DNA of 64,000 nucleotides, from contig CAZIYE010000001.1 in NCBI GenBank assembly GCA_964543385.1, positions 551,123 to 615,122 on the forward strand. The letters run 5' to 3'. Shown here in pieces: positions 10,105-20,240 of the stretch. Position 1 is the stretch's first letter; every line of letters starts with the position of its first letter. Origin of the DNA: an uncultured Candidatus Saccharibacteria bacterium. GTDB lineage: Bacteria > Patescibacteriota > UBA1384 > XYA2-FULL-43-10 > 1-14-0-10-43-13. The position numbers and the translations under genes are program-made. The notes below the pieces were generated by a model. The model was not told the DNA's origin and did not search any database. It was given only the letters and a program-made list of their open reading frames with translations.

Positions 10105-10344
10105 ATGAAAAATATTGAAAAAGGTACCAAAAGAACCAAATTAGAGCTAGACCGAATAGAGGGAGAAAAATCAGTTTTATTTACTGATGACGGGGATGAA
10201 ATTGTCCTATCGAACAAAATACTTCCTAAAGACATTGCCGAAGGTGATTGCCTTATTCTGACAGTAGCGACCGACGAAGCCGAGAAGTTGGCAAATGACC
10301 AAAAAGCCAAGGATATTCTAAACGCGATAATGAATCCAAGATAA
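10105..10344 (+). CDS. DUF3006-like small protein
   Basis: LDRIEGEKSVLFTDDGDEIVLSNKILPKDIAEGDCLIL fits the DUF3006 pattern (IDRFEGDYAVLE..DG..IDVP...LPEGAKEGDVL). Confidence 0.45.
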   Translation: MKNIEKGTKRTKLELDRIEGEKSVLFTDDGDEIVLSNKILPKDIAEGDCLILTVATDEAEKLANDQKAKDILNAIMNPR

Positions 10345-10442
10345 GAAGTCATTACACTTTCTGGAAAAGCTTAAAATATTTATGGTTTTTCTGTATGATA
10401 GAGGCGAGACATGATTTAGAGCTGATTGTATATATGGATTAA

Positions 10443-12398
10443 TTGATGATAAAGAAAGATAAAGAAACCGCGAGAGAGGAAGATAAAGGGGAAAAGACAA
10501 AAGTAAAAATTCCTCTGAAATATTTGATTTTTGGCGGAGCAGGCCTCATCGTCCTGTCTTTGCTTTCTTTTGCTGCATATTCTATCGCTTTTCAAAATAA
10601 AAATTACATAAATCAATATGTAGGTACTATTAATCTAGGTGGCAGAGATAAGAATGATACTAAAAATGTTTTAAAAGAGGCAGCTGAGAAATATCAGAAC
10701 TCCCAGATCGTTCTCAAGAACACAAACTTAAACAAAGTCTATAATATTGATCCGACAGAAATCGGCTTAACTTTTGATGTAGATAGATCAGCAGATGAGA
10801 TTTGGTCCTTCGGTAGAGGAGGAAGTGCCTTAGGAAATATGCTGGATCAGATAAAAAGCATTTTCGTTCGCAGAAATTTTGATTTGTTTATATCATTGAA
10901 TGAAAAAGGCCTAAATCAAAAGATAAAAACAATTGCCGAAGAACTAGATAAACCTGAAAAAGATTATTCCCTTGTTTACACTGGTAACGGTTTCGAAATC
11001 ACAACAGAACGTGTTGCCGGTGAAAGGATAAACCAAGCTAAAATAGTATTGGATCTGAAAAAGAGCTTTTCTAGCCTATCTACTGCTGAAAATATTTTCA
11101 CAATCGATGTATATGAGCCAAAAGTAACGCTCGAGAGTGCTAATAAGACGCTGTCTGAGGCTAACGGGATTATTTCTCCGGGAGAATTAATAATAAAAGG
11201 GGAAGGCCAGGAATTCAAAGCAGATAAAGACACTATTGCTGGTTTTATAAAATCAAGCCACAATGGTAGCGATTTGGAGCTTGATTTTAATGAAGATAGG
11301 ATAAAAAAGTTTCTCGACGTTGTTGCCAAGGCTGTCAATGTTGATGCTGGCAATGCAAAACTTAGAATGGAAAATGGCAAAGTGGTTGTTTTTAATCAAT
11401 CAAAAGTTGGCAAGGCGCTCAAAATTGATCAGACAATTAATGAAATAAAAAGTGCATTACTGGCAAGAATTACTGGAGTCTATAACCAAGTCACATTAGT
11501 TGTAGAAAGTAAAAGCCCCCAAATTACCGAGACGGAGGTAAGTTCATTGGGGATCAACGAATTAATCGGAACTGCCAGTACTTCCTTCAAGGGATCTCCG
11601 CCAAATCGTGTTCATAATATAACCATAGGGGCAAATGGCTTGAACGGAGTTTTGCTCAAACCAGGTGAAGAATTCTCCACTCTCAGCCATCTTGGCGTAA
11701 TTGATGCCAGCGGAGGATATCTAGAAGAGCTTGTGATCAAAGAGAACAGGACCATACCAGAATTTGGTGGTGGGTTATGTCAGGTCTCCTCAACTATTTT
11801 TCGTACAGCTATATATGCGGGGATGAAAATAACAGAGCGTAGCGCTCACAAATATCGAGTTGGCTATTTTGAGCCACCTATTGGCATGGATGCCACAATC
11901 TATGATCCGGCGCCAGATTTTAAATTTGTTAATAACTATAAGAGTCACGTCCTGATCCAATCAAGGATAGAAGGAACAAAACTTACATTTGATATTTATG
12001 GCACTAAGGATGGCAGAAAAATAGATGTTTCTAATCCTATAGCATTCGATTACGTTAATCCTGGCGAACCGATAATTACTGAGACGGATACTCTACCTGC
12101 CGGTGAAAGAAAAAAAATTGAATCAGCACATCAGGGGGCAACTGCCAGATTTGATTATAAAGTGACGAGCGCTTCTGGGGACGTATTGCAACAAAAGACA
12201 TTTGTCTCCAAGTATGTCCCATGGCCAGAGAAATGGCTAGTAGGTAAGGCTGCTGCTCCTGCTGTTGTCCCTGATCCAATTCCGGCAACGCCCGAGACTC
12301 CGGCTCCATTGCCAACCACAACATGTACCGATGGAACTCAAAACGGTGATGAAACAGGTGTTGATTGTGGCGGAAGCTGCTCAGTCTGTGCGCAATAA
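10443..12398 (+). CDS. VanW-family protein with N-terminal TM anchor and Cys-rich C-terminal tail
   Basis: VanW core PEFGGGLCQVSSTIFRTAIYAGMKITERSAHKYRVGYF. Pro/Thr linker, then the tail CTDGTQNGDETGVDCGGSCSVCAQ. Confidence 0.75.
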   Translation: MMIKKDKETAREEDKGEKTKVKIPLKYLIFGGAGLIVLSLLSFAAYSIAFQNKNYINQYVGTINLGGRDKNDTKNVLKEAAEKYQNSQIVLKNTNLNKVYNIDPTEIGLTFDVDRSADEIWSFGRGGSALGNMLDQIKSIFVRRNFDLFISLNEKGLNQKIKTIAEELDKPEKDYSLVYTGNGFEITTERVAGERINQAKIVLDLKKSFSSLSTAENIFTIDVYEPKVTLESANKTLSEANGIISPGELIIKGEGQEFKADKDTIAGFIKSSHNGSDLELDFNEDRIKKFLDVVAKAVNVDAGNAKLRMENGKVVVFNQSKVGKALKIDQTINEIKSALLARITGVYNQVTLVVESKSPQITETEVSSLGINELIGTASTSFKGSPPNRVHNITIGANGLNGVLLKPGEEFSTLSHLGVIDASGGYLEELVIKENRTIPEFGGGLCQVSSTIFRTAIYAGMKITERSAHKYRVGYFEPPIGMDATIYDPAPDFKFVNNYKSHVLIQSRIEGTKLTFDIYGTKDGRKIDVSNPIAFDYVNPGEPIITETDTLPAGERKKIESAHQGATARFDYKVTSASGDVLQQKTFVSKYVPWPEKWLVGKAAAPAVVPDPIPATPETPAPLPTTTCTDGTQNGDETGVDCGGSCSVCAQ

Positions 12399-12455
12399 TT
12401 TATAAGAATAGAAAAAAGTTATCTTTTTAGTGTTTTGTTGGTACAATAGGAACTA

Positions 12456-15053
12456 ATGAATGGGAGGGAATACTCTTTTTACCAATGGCCAGTCAAAGAT
12501 GTCGAAAAACATCTGGAAACTGATGTTACCAATGGTCTTAGCAACAGCAAGGCCTCTTTTCGTTTGCAAAAATATGGACCAAATACTTTAGAAAAGTTTT
12601 CGGAGGTTTCTCCTTTTACCATTCTACTGCGACAGTTCACAAATCTATTTGTGATAATTTTATTCGCTGCCGGCATGATCTCTTATTTTGTTGACGGTTT
12701 GGTTCAAGCATTTATTCTCTTTGCCATAGTTTGCATAAATGTTAGTCTCGGTTTTCTTCAGGAATATAAAGCAGAAAAATCAATTACAGCTCTGAAAAAA
12801 TCTTTCTTTTCAAATGCCAAGGTAATCAGGGATGGTAAAGTTATATTAGTTGATAGCAGAGAAATAGTCTTGGGAGATATTGTTACCTTTGAAGCGGGAG
12901 ATAAAATTCCTGCAGATATGCGATTAGTAGATGAGGAATCTCTTCAAATAAATGAGTCATCCTTGACTGGAGAATCGATGCCCGTAAGCAAGAGCAGTGA
13001 TACACTGCCCATAGATACGAGTTTGGCGGATAGAAAAAATATGCTATTTGGCTCCACAACCGTTTTAAAAGGTCATGGAAAGGGCATAATCGTTAGTACC
13101 GGTGCAGGGACCGAATTCGGCAAGATTGCTAGCATGGTAGATAAAGCTGAAGATACAACTCCACTAGAAAAACAGATCGCATACATTGCTAAGGTTTTTT
13201 CCTTAATAGGTATAATTCTTGCAGTCATAATATTTGTGCTTGGTTATGCCCGTGGATATGAGGTATGGAAATTGTTAACATTCACCATCGCCCTGTTGGT
13301 GGCTGTGGTGCCTGAGAGTCTGCCGACAGTTATAACACTGTCTCTTGCAACTGGAGTAACTCGAATGTCACATAAAAAGGCCATTGTAAGAAAGTTGTCA
13401 GTGATAGAGGCTCTTGGTTGTGTGGATACAATTGCGACAGACAAGACAGGGACTTTGACCAATAATGAATTAGAGTTAGAGATTATATCCGTCCTTGAGG
13501 ATGGTAAATTAACACCAATAACTTTATCTGCAAATAATATTAACAAAGAATCCTTAGAAATTATCTATCAAAGCTTGGCTTGTTCTAATATCGATATGAA
13601 TAACGAAAAAGAATATATAGGTGATCCTGTGGAGATAGCTATAGCCAAGCGGTTGCAATCGCTTGGAAAAACAAAAGATTTCCAATCAAAGGGATATGAG
13701 CGCTTAATGGAGATTCCTTTCGATTCTGATAAAAAATATATGGCTGTCCTCACCAGTTTTGAAGGCAAAAAGTTTTTGATTTCTAAGGGATCTCCTGAAA
13801 GAATTATAAAATTCTGTTCATTTAAATCCGATATCGGAAAAGAGCATATCTTGTCTGAGGCAGCACGTCTTAGCGGGTTGGGGTATAAGGTAATTGCTTT
13901 AGCTGAAAAAAATATTGGGAAACTTTCTAGCAGTATTCTGTCTGGTATGAAATTTTGTGCGCTTCTAGTGATGATCGACGAGCCAGCTGAAGGAGTCAAA
14001 GAGGCGATTAGAAAAACAATATCTGCTGGGATCAGGCCAATTATTATTACTGGCGATCACCCCGAGACGGCAAAGTTTATTGCTAATAAATTAGGTCTAA
14101 AAGTAACTGATGATGAGATCATTTCAGAAAAAGAATTCGAACGTCTAGATCGCGCAGAATTAATCAGGGCACTTGGCAAGGTAAAAGTTTTTGCTAGAGT
14201 GACTCCCTCAGATAAGATAAAGATCGTCAGAGTGCTCCAGGAGATGGGATATTCGGTTGCTGTCACCGGAGATGGTGTAAATGATGCCCCGGCCTTAAAA
14301 GAGGCTTCAGTGGGCATAGCAATGGGTATAAAAGGTACGGATGTTGCTCGTGAATCGTCAGATATCATTCTTTCTAATGACCGATACAATACTATCGTGT
14401 CTGCCATAGAATATGGTCGGACTATTTACGATAATATCAGAAACATTGTTACCCAGCTTGTCTCTGGAAATTTCACTGAAATATTTTTAGTAATAGTGGC
14501 ATTTATTTTCGGTCTACCGATGCCATTTGTGACTTTGCAAATCCTCTGGATCAATCTGATAATAGAAAGTTTTGCCGGCCTTTCTTTCAGTTTCGAAAAA
14601 CCAAGTCCGAATGTATTAAGAAGCAAGCCCAGAATATCCGGCTCAAATTCGATGAGTAAATCTATTATTTATGCTTCATATCTCGCTGCATCATCTTTTG
14701 CTGTCTCTCTTGTTCTCTTTCTATGGGGATTAAATTCTTCTGTATCCAAAGCCAGGACACTAGTATTCTTTTTTATAGTCTTCTCCCAACTTTGTTTTGC
14801 CCTGTCAATAAGATCCAAGAAGAGGATATGGGAAAGTCCAAAAAGCTTTATTGAGAACAAATATTTATTGATCTCGGTTATTGCCGCTGTACTTCTCCAG
14901 CTATCGCTTCTTTTTGAGCCAGTTGCCCAGATATTTAGTATTACTGTTCCTAATTTCAGGGAGTGGATTGTCCTATCTATCGCAGTTATAATTACTTTCT
15001 TATTTGCCGAAATCATAAGAAGCAAACACGACAGCCACTTGCATAAACGTTGA
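12456..15053 (+). CDS. P-type cation-transporting ATPase (type II-like; Ca2+/Mg2+ family)
   Basis: Phosphorylation motif DKTGTLT, hinge VTGDGVNDAPALKEASVGIAMG, TM4 PESLP, and about 10 TM segments. Confidence 0.9.
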   Translation: MNGREYSFYQWPVKDVEKHLETDVTNGLSNSKASFRLQKYGPNTLEKFSEVSPFTILLRQFTNLFVIILFAAGMISYFVDGLVQAFILFAIVCINVSLGFLQEYKAEKSITALKKSFFSNAKVIRDGKVILVDSREIVLGDIVTFEAGDKIPADMRLVDEESLQINESSLTGESMPVSKSSDTLPIDTSLADRKNMLFGSTTVLKGHGKGIIVSTGAGTEFGKIASMVDKAEDTTPLEKQIAYIAKVFSLIGIILAVIIFVLGYARGYEVWKLLTFTIALLVAVVPESLPTVITLSLATGVTRMSHKKAIVRKLSVIEALGCVDTIATDKTGTLTNNELELEIISVLEDGKLTPITLSANNINKESLEIIYQSLACSNIDMNNEKEYIGDPVEIAIAKRLQSLGKTKDFQSKGYERLMEIPFDSDKKYMAVLTSFEGKKFLISKGSPERIIKFCSFKSDIGKEHILSEAARLSGLGYKVIALAEKNIGKLSSSILSGMKFCALLVMIDEPAEGVKEAIRKTISAGIRPIIITGDHPETAKFIANKLGLKVTDDEIISEKEFERLDRAELIRALGKVKVFARVTPSDKIKIVRVLQEMGYSVAVTGDGVNDAPALKEASVGIAMGIKGTDVARESSDIILSNDRYNTIVSAIEYGRTIYDNIRNIVTQLVSGNFTEIFLVIVAFIFGLPMPFVTLQILWINLIIESFAGLSFSFEKPSPNVLRSKPRISGSNSMSKSIIYASYLAASSFAVSLVLFLWGLNSSVSKARTLVFFFIVFSQLCFALSIRSKKRIWESPKSFIENKYLLISVIAAVLLQLSLLFEPVAQIFSITVPNFREWIVLSIAVIITFLFAEIIRSKHDSHLHKR

Positions 15054-15082
15054 TCTCTTAGGAGTACTTAATATAATAAGAA

Positions 15083-15109
15083 AAATCCCCCGATAACTCC
15101 GGGGGATTT
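15083..15109. terminator. Bidirectional rho-independent terminator between the convergent ATPase and pyrG genes
   Basis: AAATCCCCCG-ataact-CCGGGGGATTT perfect stem, flanked by T-runs on both strands. Confidence 0.8.
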
Positions 15110-15112
15110 CTT

Positions 15113-16756
15113 CTATTTACCTGCTGCTTTAACGAAAGCTATAAAAAGTGGATGAGGTCGGAGCGGGCGTGAAGCTAACTCTGGATGGAACTGTACTCCG
15201 ACGAAGAAAGGATGACTTTCTACTTCTACGATCTCTACTAGATCTCTTTCAGGATTAAGACCACCTATTCTGAGTCCTGCTTTGGTAAGCTGTTCCCTAT
15301 AATCGTTATTAAACTCATAACGATGGCGATGGCGTTCAAGAATCACTGGGAATTCACCTGGGTAGTCCTTGGCTTTATAAGCATCATATGAGATAGACCC
15401 TTTTTGCAGTTCACAAGCATATTCTCCTAGTCTCATAGAGCCGCCGAAGTCTTTCTTCCGAAGTTTCTCTTTTTGATCTTTCATAATGTGAATTACTGGG
15501 TATGGAGTTTTGGAATTTATCTCTTCAGTATGAGCGTCCTTCAGGCCGCAAACATTACGGGCGTATTCGATAGTTGCGATTTGCATGCCATAGCAAAGGC
15601 CAAAATAGGGGATTTTATTCTCACGACAGTATTTTGCTACAGCAATTTTCCCTTCGATCCCACGTGAACCAAAACCTCCAGGCACGATTACGCCGTCAAG
15701 GCTTTTTAACTCTGTTAGCTTCTCGGGATCTTCCTCATATGTAGTAGAGGAGAGCCAGACCATTTCTGGCTTGAAGCCTTGAGACCAAGCAGCATGTTTG
15801 ACCGCTTCAATAACTGAAATATAGGAGTCAGATAATATGAATTCTCCTGTTTCGAAATATTTTCCGATAACTCCGATCTTGATCGGTTTATTTGCTTTCT
15901 TTGATTTATCGACAAAAGCTCGCCATTCTACCAAGTCTTTCCGTCTTGGTTTCAAGTGTAATCTTTTCAAGATCTTCTCACCGAGCTGTTCATTCTCAAA
16001 ATTAACCGGAATTTCATAAATAGAATCGACGTCGGGTGCTGAGACAGCATTTTCTGGCAATATTGAGCAGAATGTGGCTAACTTTTCACGTCTCCTATCA
16101 TCGATTGGATATTCACTACGGCATAGTATAAAGTCCGGTTGAATACCACATGAGTTAAGCTCTCTAGAGGCATGTTGAGTCGGTTTTGTTTTCATCTCCC
16201 CAACTTTTGATGGTATTGGCAAATATGAAACTAATACAAAGATTACGTCATTTGGATGCTCGAGCTTCATCATGCGGGCAGCTTCCAGAAAAAGCAGGTT
16301 TTCATATTCACCTACAGTTCCACCTATTTCGACAATAGAAATTTCAGCCTTTGTTTTTAAAGAAGCAGTTTCTATTCTATTGATTATTTCTTCAGGTACA
16401 TGAGGCACGACCTGAACACATTTTCCACCATATTCAAGATTTCTTTCTTTATTGATTACGGATTGGTAAATACGTCCAGTGGTCATGTAATTCATCTTTG
16501 TAAGATCCTCTCCGATAAAACGCTCATAGTTACCCATGTCTTGATCGGTTTCGTCTCCATCTTTGGTTACAAAAACCTCACCATGTTCAGTTGGGTTCAT
16601 AGTGCCAGCGTCAACATTTACATATGGATCAGCCTTGATTGCAGTTACGCAGAAGCCTTTTGATTTTAGTATTGTTCCTATAGATGCTGCTGCAATGCCC
16701 TTACCTACAGAGGACATAACACCGCCAACTACAAAGATGAATTTTTTCGAAGCCAT
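15113..16756 (-). CDS. pyrG: CTP synthase
   Basis: N-terminus KFIFVVGGVMSSVGKGIAAASIG. Glutamine amidotransferase C-terminus (GLCYGMQ, HPEL). 547 aa. Confidence 0.95.
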   Translation of the reverse strand: MASKKFIFVVGGVMSSVGKGIAAASIGTILKSKGFCVTAIKADPYVNVDAGTMNPTEHGEVFVTKDGDETDQDMGNYERFIGEDLTKMNYMTTGRIYQSVINKERNLEYGGKCVQVVPHVPEEIINRIETASLKTKAEISIVEIGGTVGEYENLLFLEAARMMKLEHPNDVIFVLVSYLPIPSKVGEMKTKPTQHASRELNSCGIQPDFILCRSEYPIDDRRREKLATFCSILPENAVSAPDVDSIYEIPVNFENEQLGEKILKRLHLKPRRKDLVEWRAFVDKSKKANKPIKIGVIGKYFETGEFILSDSYISVIEAVKHAAWSQGFKPEMVWLSSTTYEEDPEKLTELKSLDGVIVPGGFGSRGIEGKIAVAKYCRENKIPYFGLCYGMQIATIEYARNVCGLKDAHTEEINSKTPYPVIHIMKDQKEKLRKKDFGGSMRLGEYACELQKGSISYDAYKAKDYPGEFPVILERHRHRYEFNNDYREQLTKAGLRIGGLNPERDLVEIVEVESHPFFVGVQFHPELASRPLRPHPLFIAFVKAAGK

Positions 16757-16845
16757 ATTTTTCCCAAGATTAAGAATTAAGAGCTAAGGATTAAGCTCAT
16801 ACACACAGCTTAACTCTTACTATCTTATCTCTAATCCAAACAAGC

Positions 16846-16882
16846 AAAAAACTCCGGACGCAATTTTTTTGGAGTTTTTTTT
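16846..16882 (-). promoter_or_regulatory. Terminator-like hairpin in the pyrG 5' leader (candidate attenuator)
   Basis: AAAAAACTCC-ggacgcaattttttt-GGAGTTTTTTTT. It lies between the predicted pyrG promoter (16909-16937) and the ATG. Confidence 0.4.
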
Positions 16883-16908
16883 GAGGATACTATATCGTAT
16901 TTAATGCC

Positions 16909-16937
16909 ATTTTACAGAATTGCCAGAAATAATGCAA
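16909..16937 (-). promoter_or_regulatory. Putative pyrG promoter (TTGCAT-17-TAAAAT on the minus strand)
   Basis: Read on the reverse complement: cTTGCATtatttctggcaattctgTAAAATggc. Confidence 0.4.
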
Positions 16938-16946
16938 GACCTAAGA

Positions 16947-16975
16947 TTGACACAACAACACTTATCTTATATAGT
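16947..16975 (+). promoter_or_regulatory. Near-consensus sigma70 promoter TTGACA-17-TATAGT driving the GC-rich islet 1 small ORF
   Basis: gaTTGACAcaacaacacttatcttaTATAGTgtc. Divergent and back-to-back with the pyrG promoter. Confidence 0.5.
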
Positions 16976-17016
16976 GTCAACACAACGAACCCCCGATCCA
17001 TTCTGAAGGAGACACC

Positions 17017-17175
17017 ATGGGAACAAAGACCGACGCTGCTGATCACAGCCAACAAACCCTACCGCCGGATGTTGCGCCGGTGCACGACTCTGTACTTGCC
17101 GATGGCACTGTCATTAAGGGGAATGAAGAATCCCCTCAGTCAGTGTCGCCCGACAAGAAGCCAATTAGCGGCTAG
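17017..17175 (+). CDS. Small ORF (52 aa), hydrophilic and acidic, in GC-rich islet 1 (hypothetical; not in the ORF track because it is under 60 aa)
   Basis: Strong SD ctGAAGGAGacaccATG. Product MGTKTDAADHSQQTLPPDVAPVHDSVLADGTVIKGNEESPQSVSPDKKPISG. Followed by a 9-bp GC hairpin. The codon usage and GC are atypical for this genome. Confidence 0.3.
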   Translation: MGTKTDAADHSQQTLPPDVAPVHDSVLADGTVIKGNEESPQSVSPDKKPISG

Positions 17176-17199
17176 TCTGCTTGGCACGTTCTTTCTCTT

Positions 17200-17227
17200 G
17201 GGTCCCCGTCGCTTGCGCCGGGGACCC
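17200..17227 (+). terminator. GC-rich hairpin after the islet 1 ORF (GGGTCCCCG-tcgcttgcgc-CGGGGACCC)
   Basis: Perfect 9-bp stem. The T-run (tctatttttt) starts about 17 nt downstream, so this is a non-canonical but plausible terminator. Confidence 0.4.
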
Positions 17228-17250
17228 TTAGCTTATCCCTGTCTATTTTT

Positions 17251-17259
17251 TGGTATAAT
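17251..17259 (+). promoter_or_regulatory. Extended -10 element TGGTATAAT immediately upstream of the NTase gene, implying a leaderless or near-leaderless mRNA
   Basis: ttttttgGTATAATcatcgcataATG. The ATG at 17269 is only 10 nt from the end of the -10 element. Confidence 0.4.
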
Positions 17260-17268
17260 CATCGCATA

Positions 17269-17946
17269 ATGAATCAATACAAAGATAAGTATTTAAAAAG
17301 AACAGTTAGATTCTCAGGGATTCTCCAATGTGTGCCATTTCTGCGTGCAATCATTCTAAATGGCTCTCTAGCAGGAGGTAATATTAAAGAAAGCTCTGAT
17401 ATAGATCTACTTATTATTGCAAGATCAGGGCGGATTTATACCACCAGATTCTTTGTTAATCTACTTGGTAATCTGCTGGGAGAAAAAAGATCGAAGAATG
17501 AAGAGAAGTCTCATGCTGGGAAGTTCTGCTTTAATTATTTTTTAACTGATGGTTATCTTAAAATCCCGACAGGTAGGGGAGAAAAGATGGACAAATATTG
17601 TGCGATGAATTATTCAAGAAGTGTCCTCCTTTGGGGTGATGATAAATTATTTGATAAGTTTCTTGCAATAAATAGTGATTTGTTTGCAAAATTTGGTTGT
17701 TTTTCGTCATTAAATGATTCAAAAGAGCTAGAATATTATTTCCCAGCCAGAAGTATTACTTTTCTCTTGTTTATTAGAAAAATGCAAGAGATTGTTTTTG
17801 GCGGAATGTTTGGTAATTGGATTGAAAGAAGGCTTAAACATTTACAAATAAAAATGATAGAAAGTGACCCGAGAACTAGCAAATTTCCGAGTTTGATCGT
17901 CTATAATGATCAAGAAGCTCGCTTTCATCCACCAAAAAATCTTTAA
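17269..17946 (+). CDS. Pol-beta-superfamily nucleotidyltransferase-fold protein of unknown substrate
   Basis: NTase signature GSLAGGNIKESSDIDLLII (hG[GS]-x9-13-[DE]h[DE]h). 225 aa, no TM. Confidence 0.55.
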   Translation: MNQYKDKYLKRTVRFSGILQCVPFLRAIILNGSLAGGNIKESSDIDLLIIARSGRIYTTRFFVNLLGNLLGEKRSKNEEKSHAGKFCFNYFLTDGYLKIPTGRGEKMDKYCAMNYSRSVLLWGDDKLFDKFLAINSDLFAKFGCFSSLNDSKELEYYFPARSITFLLFIRKMQEIVFGGMFGNWIERRLKHLQIKMIESDPRTSKFPSLIVYNDQEARFHPPKNL

Positions 17947-18012
17947 AATAGTCCTTGACTAATGTTTGTTCAACTTGACTTTTCGTGCTCATTTGCGCTA
18001 GTATAGGTTATA

Positions 18013-18052
18013 CGGCAACGGTGTTATCCCCCTTACACTTGTTGCCGTTTTT
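18013..18052 (+). terminator. Weak hairpin with T5 tail after the NTase gene (CGGCAAC...GTTGCCG TTTTT)
   Basis: 7-bp stem with a long 20-nt loop, followed by TTTTT. Confidence 0.25.
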
Positions 18053-18120
18053 AATATGAATTAATAGTAATAATGCACAAAGTGAATTCATCGCTATCTC
18101 AATAAGAGATGAAAAAAGTA

Positions 18121-18150
18121 TTGACAAAAATGTAAAGTTTACTTTACAAT
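18121..18150 (+). promoter_or_regulatory. groESL promoter (TTGACA-17/18-TACAAT)
   Basis: TTGACAaaaatgtaaagtttacTTTACAAT. No CIRCE inverted repeat was seen upstream. Confidence 0.5.
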
Positions 18151-18220
18151 TCCTTATGTATCAAGTCCTGATGTGGCTAACAATTGGGTCAATAGTAATA
18201 AGCAAAGAAAGGAAGATTTT

Positions 18221-18493
18221 ATGTTCAAACCACTAGCTGATAGGGTTTTAATCAAACCATTGGAAGCAGAAGTAAAAACTAAGGGAGGAATCTACATCCC
18301 AGACACTGCCAAAGAAGCTCCTGATCAAGGAGAAGTTGTCGCTTTAGGAAACGGCAAGATGACTGATGGCAAGAAATATGATTTTACCGTTAAAAAAGGT
18401 GATAAAGTAATTTTTAAATACGCTCAGGAGATCGAAGTTGATAATACTTCATATAAAATCTTAAAAGAAGAAGATATTTTAGGAATTATTTAA
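18221..18493 (+). CDS. groES: Co-chaperonin GroES (start at internal Met [13 protein letters not shown] with AAGGAAG SD)
   Basis: Canonical GroES sequence: [23 protein letters not shown]...GEVVALGNG. The ORF-track start at 18173 is probably too long. Confidence 0.9.
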   Translation: MFKPLADRVLIKPLEAEVKTKGGIYIPDTAKEAPDQGEVVALGNGKMTDGKKYDFTVKKGDKVIFKYAQEIEVDNTSYKILKEEDILGII

Positions 18494-18512
18494 TTTTTAG
18501 GGAAAGGATTAA

Positions 18513-20174
<1,662 letters not shown>

Positions 20175-20204
20175 AAGTATATACGAATAAACTAATCTCA
20201 CAAT

Positions 20205-20238
20205 AAAAGAAGACCCTCTCTATTTAGGGTCTTCTTTT
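20205..20238. terminator. Bidirectional terminator after groEL (AAAAGAAGACCCT-ctctattt-AGGGTCTTCTTTT)
   Basis: Perfect 11-13 bp stem with U-rich tails on both strands. Confidence 0.8.
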
Positions 20239-20240
20239 AT

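Noticed and set aside
16980-17260. Possibility that GC-rich islets 1 and 2 are tRNA, tmRNA, RNase P, SRP or 6S RNA genes
   Set aside because: I looked for T-loop GTTCGAATC/CCA ends, RNase P P4 (AGGAAAGTCCGGGC...), the SRP domain IV motif and a tmRNA tag-reading frame, and found none. This is still not excluded for a novel structured RNA, which is why it stays in the findings as an alternative explanation.
16904-17269. 121-aa plus-strand ORF in the six-frame track spanning the pyrG/islet-1 intergenic region
   Set aside because: It runs through two predicted promoters, and the GC-rich islet carries the SD-preceded 52-aa ORF in a different frame. The product looks compositionally random and not protein-like. 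It is an artefact of the locally high GC.
17950-18172. CIRCE (TTAGCACTC-N9-GAGTGCTAA) HrcA operator upstream of groES
   Set aside because: No match to the CIRCE inverted repeat was found in the 220-nt upstream region. Only a sigma70-like promoter is visible.
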